Source: Deinococcus sp.
GTDB taxonomy: Bacteria; Deinococcota; Deinococci; Deinococcales; Deinococcaceae
Reading direction: 5' to 3'
Assembly (NCBI GenBank): GCA_965261005.1
Contig: OZ253375.1
Location: 1,824,001-1,888,000 of the forward strand
Length of the DNA stretch: 64,000 nt
This document shows positions 20,583 to 30,458 of this stretch, piece after piece. How positions within the stretch are numbered: position 1 is the first letter of the stretch; every line of letters starts with the position of its first letter. Position numbers and translations under genes: made by a program. Below the pieces are notes generated by a model, which ran no database searches, was not told the origin of the DNA, and was given only the letters and a program-made list of their open reading frames with translations.

Positions 20583-20930
20583 ATGACAGGAAGAAGCGAC
20601 GACGCCTATCCCGACCCGGACACGACCGACTCATACCAGACCGACGAGATCGAGAACATCGTGGAGCTGACCCACGGCGAGGGTCCCAGCGTTCCCGACC
20701 GCGACGACACCGGCGGCGGCCCCAAGGGGGGCAACACCACCGACGGCCGCACCGGACCCGGCAGCGCGGGCGTGGGGGGCGCTCCCGATAGTACCTTGCG
20801 CGTCCAGGACGACGGCATCGGCGACGGTCAGGTGAAGACACACGGCGACGAGCTGCGCCCGCTGGGCGGTTGGCAGGACGGCGAGCACGAGACGGCCGCC
20901 CAGCGCACCCTGGAGGGCGACGAAAGCTAA
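20583..20930 (+). CDS. Small acidic Gly/Asp-rich hydrophilic protein
   Basis: 115 aa; TAGCTT -10 box 7 nt before the ATG. Confidence 0.7.
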   Translation: MTGRSDDAYPDPDTTDSYQTDEIENIVELTHGEGPSVPDRDDTGGGPKGGNTTDGRTGPGSAGVGGAPDSTLRVQDDGIGDGQVKTHGDELRPLGGWQDGEHETAAQRTLEGDES

Positions 20931-21349
20931 AGGTCGCCGTGTAGGGTCAGCAGCAGCGAGCGCGGCCCGCCGTCGTCGCGGTGCTCACACAGGTAAATCC
21001 CCTGCCAGGTTCCCAGTGCGAGGCGCCCCCCCGCCACCGGCAAGCTGAGAAAGCTGCCCAGCAAGCTGGCCTTGAGGTGCGCGGGCATGTCGTCCGGTCC
21101 CTCCAGGGTGTGTTCCAGGTACGGGGCGCCGTCGGGCACCAGCCGGTCGAAGAAGCGCCTGAAGTCGCGGCGCACGTCCGGCGAGGCGTTCTCGTTGAGG
21201 GTCAGGCTAGCCGAGGTGTGCTGAATGAAGACATGCAGCAGGCCGGCGCGTACCTGTGGCAGCTCGGGCAGGGTGGCCAGCACCTCGCGCGTAATCAGGT
21301 GAAAGCCGCGCGGCCTCGACAGCGCCAGGGCGCGTTGGAAAAAGGGCAT
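20927..21349 (-). CDS. yjbQ: YjbQ/UPF0047 family protein
   Basis: HTSASLTLNEN, DDMPAHLKAS and LGTWQGIY. Confidence 0.93.
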   Translation of the reverse strand: MPFFQRALALSRPRGFHLITREVLATLPELPQVRAGLLHVFIQHTSASLTLNENASPDVRRDFRRFFDRLVPDGAPYLEHTLEGPDDMPAHLKASLLGSFLSLPVAGGRLALGTWQGIYLCEHRDDGGPRSLLLTLHGDL

Positions 21350-22239
21350 CAGGCCACCCGTTCGGCCCCGAAGCGGCGGCTGGGCGAGACGTACTCCCCT
21401 TGCGCGGCGACCAGTTGCAGCTCGCGGGTGCCAGCCCGCAGGGTGCGTTCCAGCAAACCGTACAGCCCGGAGACGGCGTCTTCCAGCGCCCGCACCACGT
21501 CCCGCCCGATCAGGTAATGGCCCAGGAACAGCGCCGCGATGGCGTCGCCGGCCCCGTTGGGCGGCGGGTCGAGCGGGAGCAGCGGCGTGCGGACGGTCCA
21601 GGCGCCCTCACCCGACACCGCCAGCGTCTCTATGGTCTGCGGGGGCGTCCCCTCGCGCAGCAAGCTGGTTATCAGGACCACGCGCGGCCCGCCTCGTTTC
21701 ATGCGCCCGCGCAGTTCTTGCGCCGCGTCCAGGGCGCCTGGCAAGCTTTCCACCGTCCGTCCGGTCAGCAACTCCAGCTCGAATTGGTTGGGCGTCAGGA
21801 TGTCGGCCTGCGGCACGGCCTGCGCCCGCATCACCTCCGGAATTTCGGGCCGCACGAACACGCCCCGGCCCACGTCCCCCATCACCGGGTCGCAGCAGTA
21901 CAGGGCCGCCGGGTTGGCCTCGCGCACCATGCCTACTGCCTCCAGAATGGCCCCCGCCGTGCCGGCGTCGCCCATGTAGCCCGACAGCAGCGCCCCGCAC
22001 GCGGGCAGCGCGCCGCGCGCCGCGATGCCCGCGACCAGCTCGGAGACGTGCTGCGGCGCGAACACCTGGCCGGTCCACGCGCCGTAGCCGGTGTGATTGG
22101 AAAACTGCACGGTGTTGACGGCCCACACCTCGAAGCCGAGGCGCTGCAAGGGGAACACCGCCGAGGCGTTGCCCGCGTGGCCGTAGGCGACCCAGGACTG
22201 AATGGAGAGGATATTGATGGGCACGTCGGCGTCTGGCAT
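21349..22239 (-). CDS. pdxY: Pyridoxal kinase
   Basis: [35 protein letters not shown] and GAGD. Confidence 0.95.
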   Translation of the reverse strand: MPDADVPINILSIQSWVAYGHAGNASAVFPLQRLGFEVWAVNTVQFSNHTGYGAWTGQVFAPQHVSELVAGIAARGALPACGALLSGYMGDAGTAGAILEAVGMVREANPAALYCCDPVMGDVGRGVFVRPEIPEVMRAQAVPQADILTPNQFELELLTGRTVESLPGALDAAQELRGRMKRGGPRVVLITSLLREGTPPQTIETLAVSGEGAWTVRTPLLPLDPPPNGAGDAIAALFLGHYLIGRDVVRALEDAVSGLYGLLERTLRAGTRELQLVAAQGEYVSPSRRFGAERVA

Positions 22240-22364
22240 TCCGCCGATAATAGCTTGCCCGCCGGAAAGTCCCTCAAATCGTCATAGATCAAACCGTCAT
22301 GGTCAAATGGTCGTGGCGCCGCGTGAAGGCGGCGCCAATGTGTGTTTCAACTTGTACGCAAGCG

Positions 22365-23456
22365 CTAGCTTTGGTCGCCCTCTGCATGCGTCGGCACCTC
22401 GGGATTCACCACGAACTCGGTCGGGTCAAGGTCGGCAAAGCCGATTTCCCGCTCGTAGCGCTGGATCTTGACGTGCAGCCGCTCCACGTCGCCCTCCACC
22501 TGGCCGTAATCGAAGCTGTCCCACACCGCCGTCGGCTGCCTCGCCGCGCCCTCGAAGTCGGGCACCTCGCGGGTGGCCTTGATGCCCTCTTCGAGCTTGC
22601 GGCGGCTCTCGATGCCGAGATTGCGAAAGACCAGCTGCACCACGTCGCGGCCGAACTCGCGCGGCCCGTAGATGCCCGCCTTGTAGACCGTCTCGAAGAA
22701 GTGGTCCCAATCCGGCACCAAGTGCGAGGCCGGCATCGAAAAGCTGGTGATGACGTGCTTGATGGCCTCCAAGGTACGCTGCGGGTAGTAGTACAGATAC
22801 AGCCGCACGCCCTCCAAAAAGAAGTTGTAGTGCGCTGCCTCGTCCACCGCGATGGTCTGCGACACCCGCGCCAGCACCGGGTCCGTGGCGCCCCGCAGGT
22901 GCGGCTTGTCGCTCTTGCCGAGGGCGATGTTCATCATGTTCAAGTAGTTGAGCTGGGTAGCGCGCTCTTGAAAGACCGTGTAGACCAAGTTGGTGATGGC
23001 GTCCGGAAAAGGCAGGTGCCACTGCTGGGCGCGCAGACGCTCCTTGTACTCGGCGATCCAGGCGGGCGGGCGCTGGCGCGCGAACAGGAGGGCATTTTCC
23101 CAGGTGTCGGCGTGCTTCTCCTCCTCGCTGCCCCAGCGCAATTGAAAGTGGCTGCGGCCGTGCGAGCGGCGCACCACGTTCAGCAGTTCGCTGGTGTAGT
23201 CGGGCGCGTACTGCTCGACCGCGAAAAAGCCTTGCAACACCGTCACGACCTCTCCCGGCAGGTCGTGGCGCAGCTTGCGCCAATCGAAGCTCTTGTCGGG
23301 GTTCCAGTTGCGGGTTTCCTGGCTGCGGGTGGTGTACCAGCGGTACAGGCCCAAAAAGGCGCGCTCGATCAACAGGTCCTTTTCACGGTTCGAGAGCAGC
23401 CCGGCGGGCGTGCGCGGCAAGTCGGCCAGCACCGACGGGGGTAAGGTCGAGGTCAT
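22365..23456 (-). CDS. Acyl-ACP desaturase-like diiron protein
   Basis: WGSEEEKH, FQERAT and DEAAH ferritin-like ligands. Confidence 0.88.
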   Translation of the reverse strand: MTSTLPPSVLADLPRTPAGLLSNREKDLLIERAFLGLYRWYTTRSQETRNWNPDKSFDWRKLRHDLPGEVVTVLQGFFAVEQYAPDYTSELLNVVRRSHGRSHFQLRWGSEEEKHADTWENALLFARQRPPAWIAEYKERLRAQQWHLPFPDAITNLVYTVFQERATQLNYLNMMNIALGKSDKPHLRGATDPVLARVSQTIAVDEAAHYNFFLEGVRLYLYYYPQRTLEAIKHVITSFSMPASHLVPDWDHFFETVYKAGIYGPREFGRDVVQLVFRNLGIESRRKLEEGIKATREVPDFEGAARQPTAVWDSFDYGQVEGDVERLHVKIQRYEREIGFADLDPTEFVVNPEVPTHAEGDQS

Positions 23457-23557
23457 AAGAAACTAATTTTAGCGTACAAGCGGGGTTTTTCTGTGAACCG
23501 CTCCATACGGCCTTCACACAATACGGAATAAAAGAAAACAATCCCGGAAGTAGGCAA

Positions 23558-23586
23558 CAAAAAAAGGGACCCCGCAAGGTCCCCAA
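23558..23586 (-). terminator. Intrinsic terminator after the cold-shock gene
   Basis: GGGACC..GGTCCC hairpin followed by a T-tract on the minus strand. Confidence 0.75.
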
Positions 23587-23627
23587 CTTTTTGGGCTTAC
23601 CGTTTTCTGGACTTATCAGTTCTGGGC

Positions 23628-23891
23628 TTACCAGCGGCTGTCGCGCTGGGAGCGGTCACCATAGCCGCTGCTCACCGGCGCGGCCTTGGTCACCACGATG
23701 TTCTTGGCCTGCGGCCCCTTGCCGTTGGCGCCGGGCTGAATTTCAAATTCGACCTCGTCACCCTCATTCAGCTTGCGGAAACCGCTCGACTGAATCGCGC
23801 TGTAGTGCGCGAACAGGTCGGGCTGACCCTCGCACTCGATGAAACCGAAGCCTTTTTCCGCGTTGAACCACTTCACTCGACCTACTGGCAT
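23628..23891 (-). CDS. pprM: Cold-shock domain protein (PprM-type)
   Basis: [15 protein letters not shown] and FAHYSAI, with a deinococcal C-tail ending RDSRW. Confidence 0.9.
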   Translation of the reverse strand: MPVGRVKWFNAEKGFGFIECEGQPDLFAHYSAIQSSGFRKLNEGDEVEFEIQPGANGKGPQAKNIVVTKAAPVSSGYGDRSQRDSRW

Positions 23892-24050
23892 GCTCACTCC
23901 TGTACCTTCCGGCAAACGAACGGCGCGTCATGTCTGCCACGCGCGCCCACGTCCGTTGCGTCCTTGGAAGGCGTTCAGTATCGCGGCAAAAGGGGGGCGC
24001 GAAAGGTGACTGGCCTACATAAACGCTCGGTTCGGCGCTATGCTGTTCTG

Positions 24051-24800
24051 GTGGTTGTCCCGGTGACTTGGCGCGCGTTTTGGCAGCTGTTCGCTTTCGA
24101 GGCGCGTCAAAAGGCCGCGACCTTGCTGCTGGGCGTGGGCGTGGTGCTGCTGCTGGACGCCTTTATCGCGTGGCGGGTGCAGGAGCCGCAGCTTCAAACC
24201 TTGGTGGCGGCGCTGGTGGCGGCGGCGCCGCTGCTGTACTGGGTCTTCGGCGGCTTGGCGGCGTTTTGGGGCGAGTTCGGCAGCGGCGCCTACCTGTTGA
24301 TACGCGGTTTGCCGGTGTCCGGCGCGGCGGTGGTCGCGGCCAAGTACCTGTGGCTGCTGACCGAACTGGGCGTGCTGGCCGGGCTGCTGCTCGCCTCGGC
24401 GCTGTACTTCGCGGACGGGGTGGTGCCCCTCTCCGAAATTCAGCTGACCCCACGCCTCGCGTGGCAACTGGCCGCCCTGGGCGTGGGCGCGCTGCTCTCC
24501 CCCCCGGCCATCGCGGTGACCGCCAGCGTGGTGGGGCGCGCGTCGAGGGCGGGGCTGCTGGGCGGCTTCGCGGCCTTCGCGCTGCTGTGGTGGGCTTACG
24601 TCCTGCTGGGCGAGGCGGCGGGCGCCTACGACGCGCTGGGCCAGCTCACCCTGCGCTTCGCGGCCCTGCCCGAGGAGCTGTGCGCGGCGGGAGGACAGTG
24701 TTACCTGCGGCTGAACGGCGCGCTGCTGCTGCTGCAACCGCTGTTCGCGCTGTTCGCGCTGTGGATCGCCGGCCGCGCCTTTGACACCCTGGAGCGCTGA
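24051..24800 (+). CDS. ABC-2-type permease, paralog of 9482-10324
   Basis: LFAFEARQ and LIRGLPVSGAAVVAAKYLWL align with the 9482 product; TATGCT -10 box 6 nt before the GTG. Confidence 0.75.
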   Translation: MVVPVTWRAFWQLFAFEARQKAATLLLGVGVVLLLDAFIAWRVQEPQLQTLVAALVAAAPLLYWVFGGLAAFWGEFGSGAYLLIRGLPVSGAAVVAAKYLWLLTELGVLAGLLLASALYFADGVVPLSEIQLTPRLAWQLAALGVGALLSPPAIAVTASVVGRASRAGLLGGFAAFALLWWAYVLLGEAAGAYDALGQLTLRFAALPEELCAAGGQCYLRLNGALLLLQPLFALFALWIAGRAFDTLER

Positions 24801-24869
24801 GATATGCACTACCAAGATATGCACTATCATGGCGCGTTGCGCGCCTTTCGCCGCGCGAAGGAGAACCTT

Positions 24870-25175
24870 ATGGCCGAAAAAGACATCGACAAGTTGCTGT
24901 CCATCACCGACAGCAAGTACCGCCTTTCCGTGATCGTCGCCAAGCGCGCCATTCAGCTGCGCTCGGGGGCGCCCAGCGTGCTGGCGCCCGAGCAGCGCGT
25001 GCGCACCCACAACCTGGTCACGCAGGCCATGCGCGAGCTGGCCGGCGGCAAGCTGACCGTGGGCGAGGAGCTGATCGACGAGGGGCGCCTGATTCAGGAT
25101 TATCAGCGCGCCCGCCAAGCCCAGCTTCAGGCCCAGCTGAACGCCGAGCGCGACCGCGAGCGCGACCGGGATTGA
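24870..25175 (+). CDS. rpoZ: RNA polymerase omega subunit
   Basis: MAEKDIDKLLSITDSKYRLSVIVAKRAIQL; AAGGAG SD. Confidence 0.95.
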   Translation: MAEKDIDKLLSITDSKYRLSVIVAKRAIQLRSGAPSVLAPEQRVRTHNLVTQAMRELAGGKLTVGEELIDEGRLIQDYQRARQAQLQAQLNAERDRERDRD

Positions 25176-25181
25176 GGGAAA

Positions 25182-25212
25182 GGGCCGGAAAAGAAGTTCC
25201 CGGCCCGTTTTC
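25182..25212 (+). terminator. Hairpin/terminator after rpoZ
   Basis: GGGCCGG...CCGGCCC followed by GTTTT. Confidence 0.6.
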
Positions 25213-25217
25213 ATCGG

Positions 25218-26486
25218 ATGAGCGATATCAAGCCCCCGCCCACCACCGTTCCGAACGTGACCGTGCCGAGCGTGACGGTAATCGTGTCCGGCTCGGTCGC
25301 GGCCGTCAAGGCGCCGGCGGTGTTGCGTCGCCTGCGCGAAGGGGGCTTCGCGGTGCGGCCGGTGGCAACCAAGGCGGCCCTCGCCTTTGTGACCGAGCTG
25401 TCGCTGGCGACTGCCGCGGGGGGGCCGCCGTTCACCGACGCGACCTGGTTCGCCCCGCAGGCGGGGGCGCAGCACCTTCAACTGGCGCGCGCCGACTTGA
25501 TCCTGGTCGTGGCCGCCGGCGCCGATGTGCTGGCCCGCCACGCGGCCGGCCGGGCGGACGACCTCGCGGGCGCCATTCTGCTCTCGGCCCAGGCGCCGGT
25601 GCTGTGGGCGCCGGCCATGAACCCCGCCATGTGGCAGCATCCGGCGACCCAGCGAAATTTGGAGACGTTGCGCGGCTGGGGCCAGCACTTCGTCGGCCCC
25701 GTGTTCGGGGCGCTGGGCACGGGGGAGGAGGGCGAAGGCTTCGGGCGCATGGCCGAGCCGGAAGACATTGTGACGGCGGCGCTGGGGTTGCTCTCGCCGC
25801 AAGACCTGGCCGGGCTGCACGTGCTGGTCAGCGCCGGACCGACCCGCGAGTCCCTCGACCCGGTGCGCTTTATCTCCAACCCGTCGAGCGGCAAGATGGG
25901 CTACGCCGTCGCCGAGCGGGCGCTGGCGCGCGGGGCGCGGGTGACCCTGGTGAGCGGGCCGGTGTCGCTGACGCCACCTTCCGGCGCGGAAGTGGTCCGG
26001 GTCGGGAGCGCCCTGGAGATGCGCGCGGCGATGCTGGCCGCTTATGACGCGGCCGACGTCGTCGTGATGACCGCCGCCGTCGCCGACTACCGGACCGCCC
26101 AAGCAAGTTCGGAAAAGCGGGCCAAGGCGGACGCGCCGCTGACCTTGGAGCTGACGCCCAACCCCGACATCCTGGCCGAATTGGGGGCGCGCAAGGGGGA
26201 CAAGGTCCTGATCGGCTTCGCGATGGAGACGAGCGCGGGCGTAGAGCGCGCCACCGCCAAGGCCCGGCGCAAGAACGCTGACTTGATTGCGCTGAATTAC
26301 CCGGCGCGGGAGGGGACCGGCTTTGGCGGCGACGACAACGAGGTGACGGCCGTCTATCCCACGGGCGAACACGCCGCTTGGCCGCGCGCCAGTAAGCGCG
26401 AGGTGGCCGACCGGCTGCTGGACGAGGCGCTGCGCCTGCGGAGTTTGCGGGGTCAGGGTTTGCATACCCGGCCCGAACGTGCATAA
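25218..26486 (+). CDS. coaBC: Phosphopantothenoylcysteine decarboxylase/ligase
   Basis: [35 protein letters not shown] and GFAMET. Confidence 0.95.
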   Translation: MSDIKPPPTTVPNVTVPSVTVIVSGSVAAVKAPAVLRRLREGGFAVRPVATKAALAFVTELSLATAAGGPPFTDATWFAPQAGAQHLQLARADLILVVAAGADVLARHAAGRADDLAGAILLSAQAPVLWAPAMNPAMWQHPATQRNLETLRGWGQHFVGPVFGALGTGEEGEGFGRMAEPEDIVTAALGLLSPQDLAGLHVLVSAGPTRESLDPVRFISNPSSGKMGYAVAERALARGARVTLVSGPVSLTPPSGAEVVRVGSALEMRAAMLAAYDAADVVVMTAAVADYRTAQASSEKRAKADAPLTLELTPNPDILAELGARKGDKVLIGFAMETSAGVERATAKARRKNADLIALNYPAREGTGFGGDDNEVTAVYPTGEHAAWPRASKREVADRLLDEALRLRSLRGQGLHTRPERA

Positions 26487-26499
26487 AGTACGAGCTACC

Positions 26500-26961
26500 G
26501 TGATCAGCAAGGACCAGCGCCAAAAGCGCATTCAGGAAATCATCGCCCGCGAAAACGTCTCCACCCAGGCCGAACTGGTGGAACGCCTGCGCGCCGAGGG
26601 CGTGCGGGTCACGCAGGCGACCGTGTCGCGCGACATCAACGAGTTGCGCCTTGTGCGGCTGCCCATCGGCAAAAGCAAGCACCGCTACTCGCTGGCGCAG
26701 GTGCGCAGCGAGACCGACGTGATGGACGAGTTGGGGGGTCTGTTTCGCAACTTCGTCTCGGACATCGACCGGGGCGAGAACCTGCTGATTCTCAAGACCG
26801 CCGAGGGGCATGCCAGCGGCGTCGCCTACCTGATTGACAAGCTGCGCCGCGACGAGATCGTGGGCACTCTGGCCGGCCAAGACACCATTTTGCTGGTCGC
26901 GCGCACGGTGGCCGAGGGTGAGGCGCTCTTGGAGGAGTTGCACGGCCTGATGCTCGGTTAA
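26500..26961 (+). CDS. argR: Arginine repressor
   Basis: [16 protein letters not shown] and GTLAGQDT. Confidence 0.95.
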   Translation: MISKDQRQKRIQEIIARENVSTQAELVERLRAEGVRVTQATVSRDINELRLVRLPIGKSKHRYSLAQVRSETDVMDELGGLFRNFVSDIDRGENLLILKTAEGHASGVAYLIDKLRRDEIVGTLAGQDTILLVARTVAEGEALLEELHGLMLG

Positions 26962-26985
26962 CTGACGCTCGGTTAGACTCGCAGT

Positions 26986-27615
26986 GTGGACGCCGCCCTC
27001 GCCCTGGTCGCCCAGACCTTTCTCACCATGCTGGTCGTGATGGACCCGGTCGGGCTGGCGCCGGTCTTTCTGGGCTTGGCCGGCGCGCGCCCCGCCTTCG
27101 AGCGGCGTGCCTTGGCCCTCAAGGCGACCGTGGTGGCGGGCCTGATCATCCTGGTGTTCGGCTTGATCGGACGGGGGCTGTTGGGGCAGCTCGGCATCAG
27201 CCTGGACGCCTTTCGGGTGGCGGGTGGGGTGCTGCTCTTTCTGATCGCCCTCGACATGGTCTTTGCGCGCCAAAGCGGCACCCGCGAAACGCCCGCCGAG
27301 GAGGCCGAGGCGCGGGAGCGCGAGGATATCAGCGTGTTTCCCATCGCCATTCCCCTGATCGCCGGCCCCGGCACCCTCGCCAGCGTGATGATCCTGGTGG
27401 GCGACGCGCACGGCAACGCCGTGCTGGTGGGCGCCGTGCTGCTGGTGACCCTCGCCGTGCTGACGCTGTGCTACCTGGCGCTGCGGCTGTCCGGCCAGAT
27501 CGCGCGCCTGATCGGCTTGACCGGCGTCAACGTGGTCACGCGGGTGCTGGGCGTGCTGCTGGGCGCCTTGGCCGTGCAATACGTGGCCGACGGGGTGCGG
27601 GGCTTCTTGGGGTGA
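26986..27615 (+). CDS. MarC family membrane protein
   Basis: [23 protein letters not shown] and RVLGVLL. Confidence 0.93.
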   Translation: MDAALALVAQTFLTMLVVMDPVGLAPVFLGLAGARPAFERRALALKATVVAGLIILVFGLIGRGLLGQLGISLDAFRVAGGVLLFLIALDMVFARQSGTRETPAEEAEAREREDISVFPIAIPLIAGPGTLASVMILVGDAHGNAVLVGAVLLVTLAVLTLCYLALRLSGQIARLIGLTGVNVVTRVLGVLLGALAVQYVADGVRGFLG

Positions 27616-27630
27616 CGAGGCGGAAACACA

Positions 27631-27661
27631 GAACCGCCGCGTCCGTCGGACGCGGCGGTTC
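27631..27661. terminator. Strong hairpin between convergent genes
   Basis: 14-bp stem GAACCGCCGCGTCC-GTC-GGACGCGGCGGTTC. Confidence 0.75.
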
Positions 27662-28212
27662 GATGTGCAACTTCAAGTCAGGGTATAGGAATCCAAGTCA
27701 ACTTCGGACCTTGAGCAAGACCAGGCCTTATAGCATATTGGTTGTACCAGTAATATTCTTCTCCTTGAAGTCTCGCATACGAGTAGAGTTCACACGTTTT
27801 TGTGCCGGCTTCAAATTTTAGAAGACGAACTTGAACTGGAATACTCATAGGAACGTCGTTTACTTGATATACCTTACTCGTATTAATCAGCTCCGCTGAA
27901 CAAGGATCATATCCAGGAATGCCAGCTGCGCCGTCTAAAGTGAACGAAAAAGGTTTAACGCCTTTTTCGGCTGTTACGTTGAGCATTAGGGTGACTATTT
28001 CTCCAGCTCGCACTTTTATTTCATTAGGCTCGAAGGTAAATCTAAAATTGGCGGGTTGCAAGCTTACTTCTAGATCAGCGCTGGCAACGTCTTTACCGTT
28101 AACGCTTGCTACTATACGGTATTTTGTAGGCAGATTAGGTACAAGGGGAATATAAGACGATGCGTAAAACTTTAGATCGCTGCTCAAGGGACCTTTGCCT
28201 GAGAAGTTTACC

Positions 28213-29484
28213 CTGACGGCCTGACAGATTTTATGAGGGTGAGCGAAAAACGAGCTTCCAGCCGACTTCGAGCGTGGTCAGTGGGGTAGGACGAGGGCGC
28301 TTTCGAGTCCCCAGCGGTTCAGGGTCAGGGCCACCCTGGAGGATCAGGCGGGTGAACACCGCCTGACCCCGGCTGAGGGCGTACTGAACGGCCCGTAGAC
28401 CGATTTTGAGATAGCTCAATCCCCGCTGCCAGTGGGGATCAACCACTCGGCGAGCGCCGCTGTGTACGGTCTGAAGTCCCTCCGAGACGAGCAGAAGCGT
28501 AGCGACCGAGATGACCAAGACCAGCCGCTCCAGGCTGGCCACATCGCGAAGTTTGGCATCTTCCAGATCGAAGAGGCCGCTTTTCTCGTCCAGAAACCCC
28601 TCTTCGATCTGGAAGCGTGCGCCGTACTCGGTAAACGTCTTCACGCTCGTCGGTTCGTCACTCACCACCTGCCACTGCTCTAGGCCGTCTGTCGGACGGC
28701 CCAGAGCGACGTGAACGGAACCGAAGTGCTGTCCAGTCAAGGTGATGTTGTGAAAGCAACGGGTCTCTCTGGGCGAAAGTCGCACCTCACCCACCTTGCA
28801 CAACCGCTGTCCATCTGGAGCAGCCAGAATCAAGCTCGATTTGATGCGGATGCGGTAATGCCAGCCGCAGACTCGGAGCCACGCCATCAGTTCCGTATCG
28901 CAGAACCCTCGATCGGCCAGCAGGCGAACTTGATGTAGGCCAAGGAAGTCGAGCATCCCCTTGACTTCGGCCAGCACGGGGAGCAGGTGGGCGGTGCTGA
29001 CCTGGGCGCTGGAATGTTCAAGGACACGCGAGACCAGCGGAACTGCTCGTCCCCGAAAGAGCACCGAGACGCGGATCAGGCAAAACTTCTCGAACAGGAC
29101 GCTGGTATCCAGGGCCAGGATCAGGGGATGTCTGCCCCAGTCGCGGAGGGCACGGGTGATCAGCGGACCGTAAACACTGGTGGGATCAACGGCTGGATTC
29201 TCCAGCCACCGACGAACTCGGCGTTCGCTGCTTTGCGCGAAGGTGGCACGAGAGTGGATGTGAGGGAGCCAAGCGGGGATAGAGCTGCGCTGGGAGAGCA
29301 GCAGGCCGCTGACCATCCAAGCGAGGGTACGCGCATTGCGGATGTCGTTCCAGAGAGCAGTCTGGAGCTGAGCGAGAACAGCTTGATAGAGTCGGGCAGC
29401 GTCCCCGCTGGCATTTTCGGTCTTCACAAACAGAAAGTGTCCCACAGCGGGGACGCTTTCTCATACTTTCTGTCAGGCCCTCAG
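28213..29484 (-). mobile_element. IS4-family insertion sequence, 1272 bp
   Basis: Imperfect 25-bp TIRs CTGACGGCCTGACAGATTTTATGAG / CTGAGGGCCTGACAGAAAGTATGAG; 10-bp direct repeat GAAGTTTACC at 28203-28212 and 29485-29494. Confidence 0.93.
28231..29445 (-). CDS. IS4-family DDE transposase
   Basis: LALDTS, LADRGF and the YREK signature ([15 protein letters not shown]). Confidence 0.93.
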   Translation of the reverse strand: MGHFLFVKTENASGDAARLYQAVLAQLQTALWNDIRNARTLAWMVSGLLLSQRSSIPAWLPHIHSRATFAQSSERRVRRWLENPAVDPTSVYGPLITRALRDWGRHPLILALDTSVLFEKFCLIRVSVLFRGRAVPLVSRVLEHSSAQVSTAHLLPVLAEVKGMLDFLGLHQVRLLADRGFCDTELMAWLRVCGWHYRIRIKSSLILAAPDGQRLCKVGEVRLSPRETRCFHNITLTGQHFGSVHVALGRPTDGLEQWQVVSDEPTSVKTFTEYGARFQIEEGFLDEKSGLFDLEDAKLRDVASLERLVLVISVATLLLVSEGLQTVHSGARRVVDPHWQRGLSYLKIGLRAVQYALSRGQAVFTRLILQGGPDPEPLGTRKRPRPTPLTTLEVGWKLVFRSPS

Positions 29485-30458
29485 GAAGTTTACCTGCTTG
29501 GTCTGCAAATCCAAGCTAAAACCACTGCCCGTTATATCCTCCAGCCGCAAATCGAGCGGGCCGCGAAAGTTTTCGCTGTTGGAGCTGAACGTCGCGCGCA
29601 GCGCTTTGGTTTGGGTCTCCACTATGCTCAGCTCGCTCGACGCCAGCGTCAGCTTCACCTGCGGCTGCTGGGTCTGGCAGTACAGCAGGGGCGTGGCCCA
29701 ATCGGCGTGATCGTAGTACCTGTTGTCCCCCGCGTCCGTCACGACAAGACGCAACTCCTGCGCGCCCGTCACGTTCAGATCGATCTGCTTGGTGGCGCTC
29801 GCCCCGGTCAGTTTGCCGCTGTCGTAGCGCTTGACGCCGTCAAGAAAGACCTGGAAGACGACGCTGCCCTTGTTGCCCACCTCGTCGTCCACGCCGACGT
29901 CGGAGGTAAAGCGCACGCACTGCGCGCCGTTCGTACCCTTCAGGCTGTAGCGGATTTCGCTGTTCGCGTGAACGCCGAAGCCCCTCTTGTAGGTCTTGCC
30001 GTTCAGCGTGAGGGTGTGACCGTCGCCCGCCTTGCTCTCACCGTTGCTGTGGTCCACCTCAATGGGGCCGTAGCCGTTGGTGGCGGCCAGGATCGGCTCG
30101 TAGTACAAGGTATTGACGCCGGGCGTGAGGCTTTGGGTCTGGACTTGATCTGCCGGACGGGTATAGCTCCACGGCTGGTCCGGGCCGTTGGGATAATCGC
30201 TGGCACTCGAATCTGGACCGGCCCCCGGCCCCTGGCCGCAGGCGAAGAGCAGGAGCGGCAAGCCGAGGCCAAGCGCCAAGCGGACAAATCCGGTCACTTT
30301 TTGCATGTGTTCTCCCCATGCATCTCACCCCTCGCGTGAAGGTAGGACGGAGCGGCAAGTTGCGTGCTTCAAGCTAACGCACCGCCGTCAATACTTTCTC
30401 CGGCCATGCTTTACTTCTCTCTAACGCTCGGCGGCCGTGACGCCGCCTCTAGGGGCGG

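Larger units (their letters stand above)
27678..30306 (-). pseudogene. NPCBM/NEW2-domain lipoprotein (448 aa reconstructed) interrupted by an IS4 element
   Basis: LFAC lipobox and NPCBM motifs ([22 protein letters not shown]). Removing the IS and one target copy gives in-frame QVNF|SGKGPLSSDLKF. Confidence 0.88.

Noticed and set aside
25690..25760. CoaBC lacking the substrate-clamp Cys ([10 protein letters not shown]) as a sign of inactivation
   Set aside because: The rest of the protein is intact, and to my knowledge Cys-less variants occur in Deinococcus-Thermus and Actinobacteria
26459..26492. Tandem ARG boxes before argR
   Set aside because: Only two TGCATA half-sites without matching right halves; too weak to call
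24015..27579. Long antisense ORFs (838 aa, 569 aa) and similar shadow ORFs throughout the window
   Set aside because: Stop-poor shadows of high-GC coding strands, with no protein motifs
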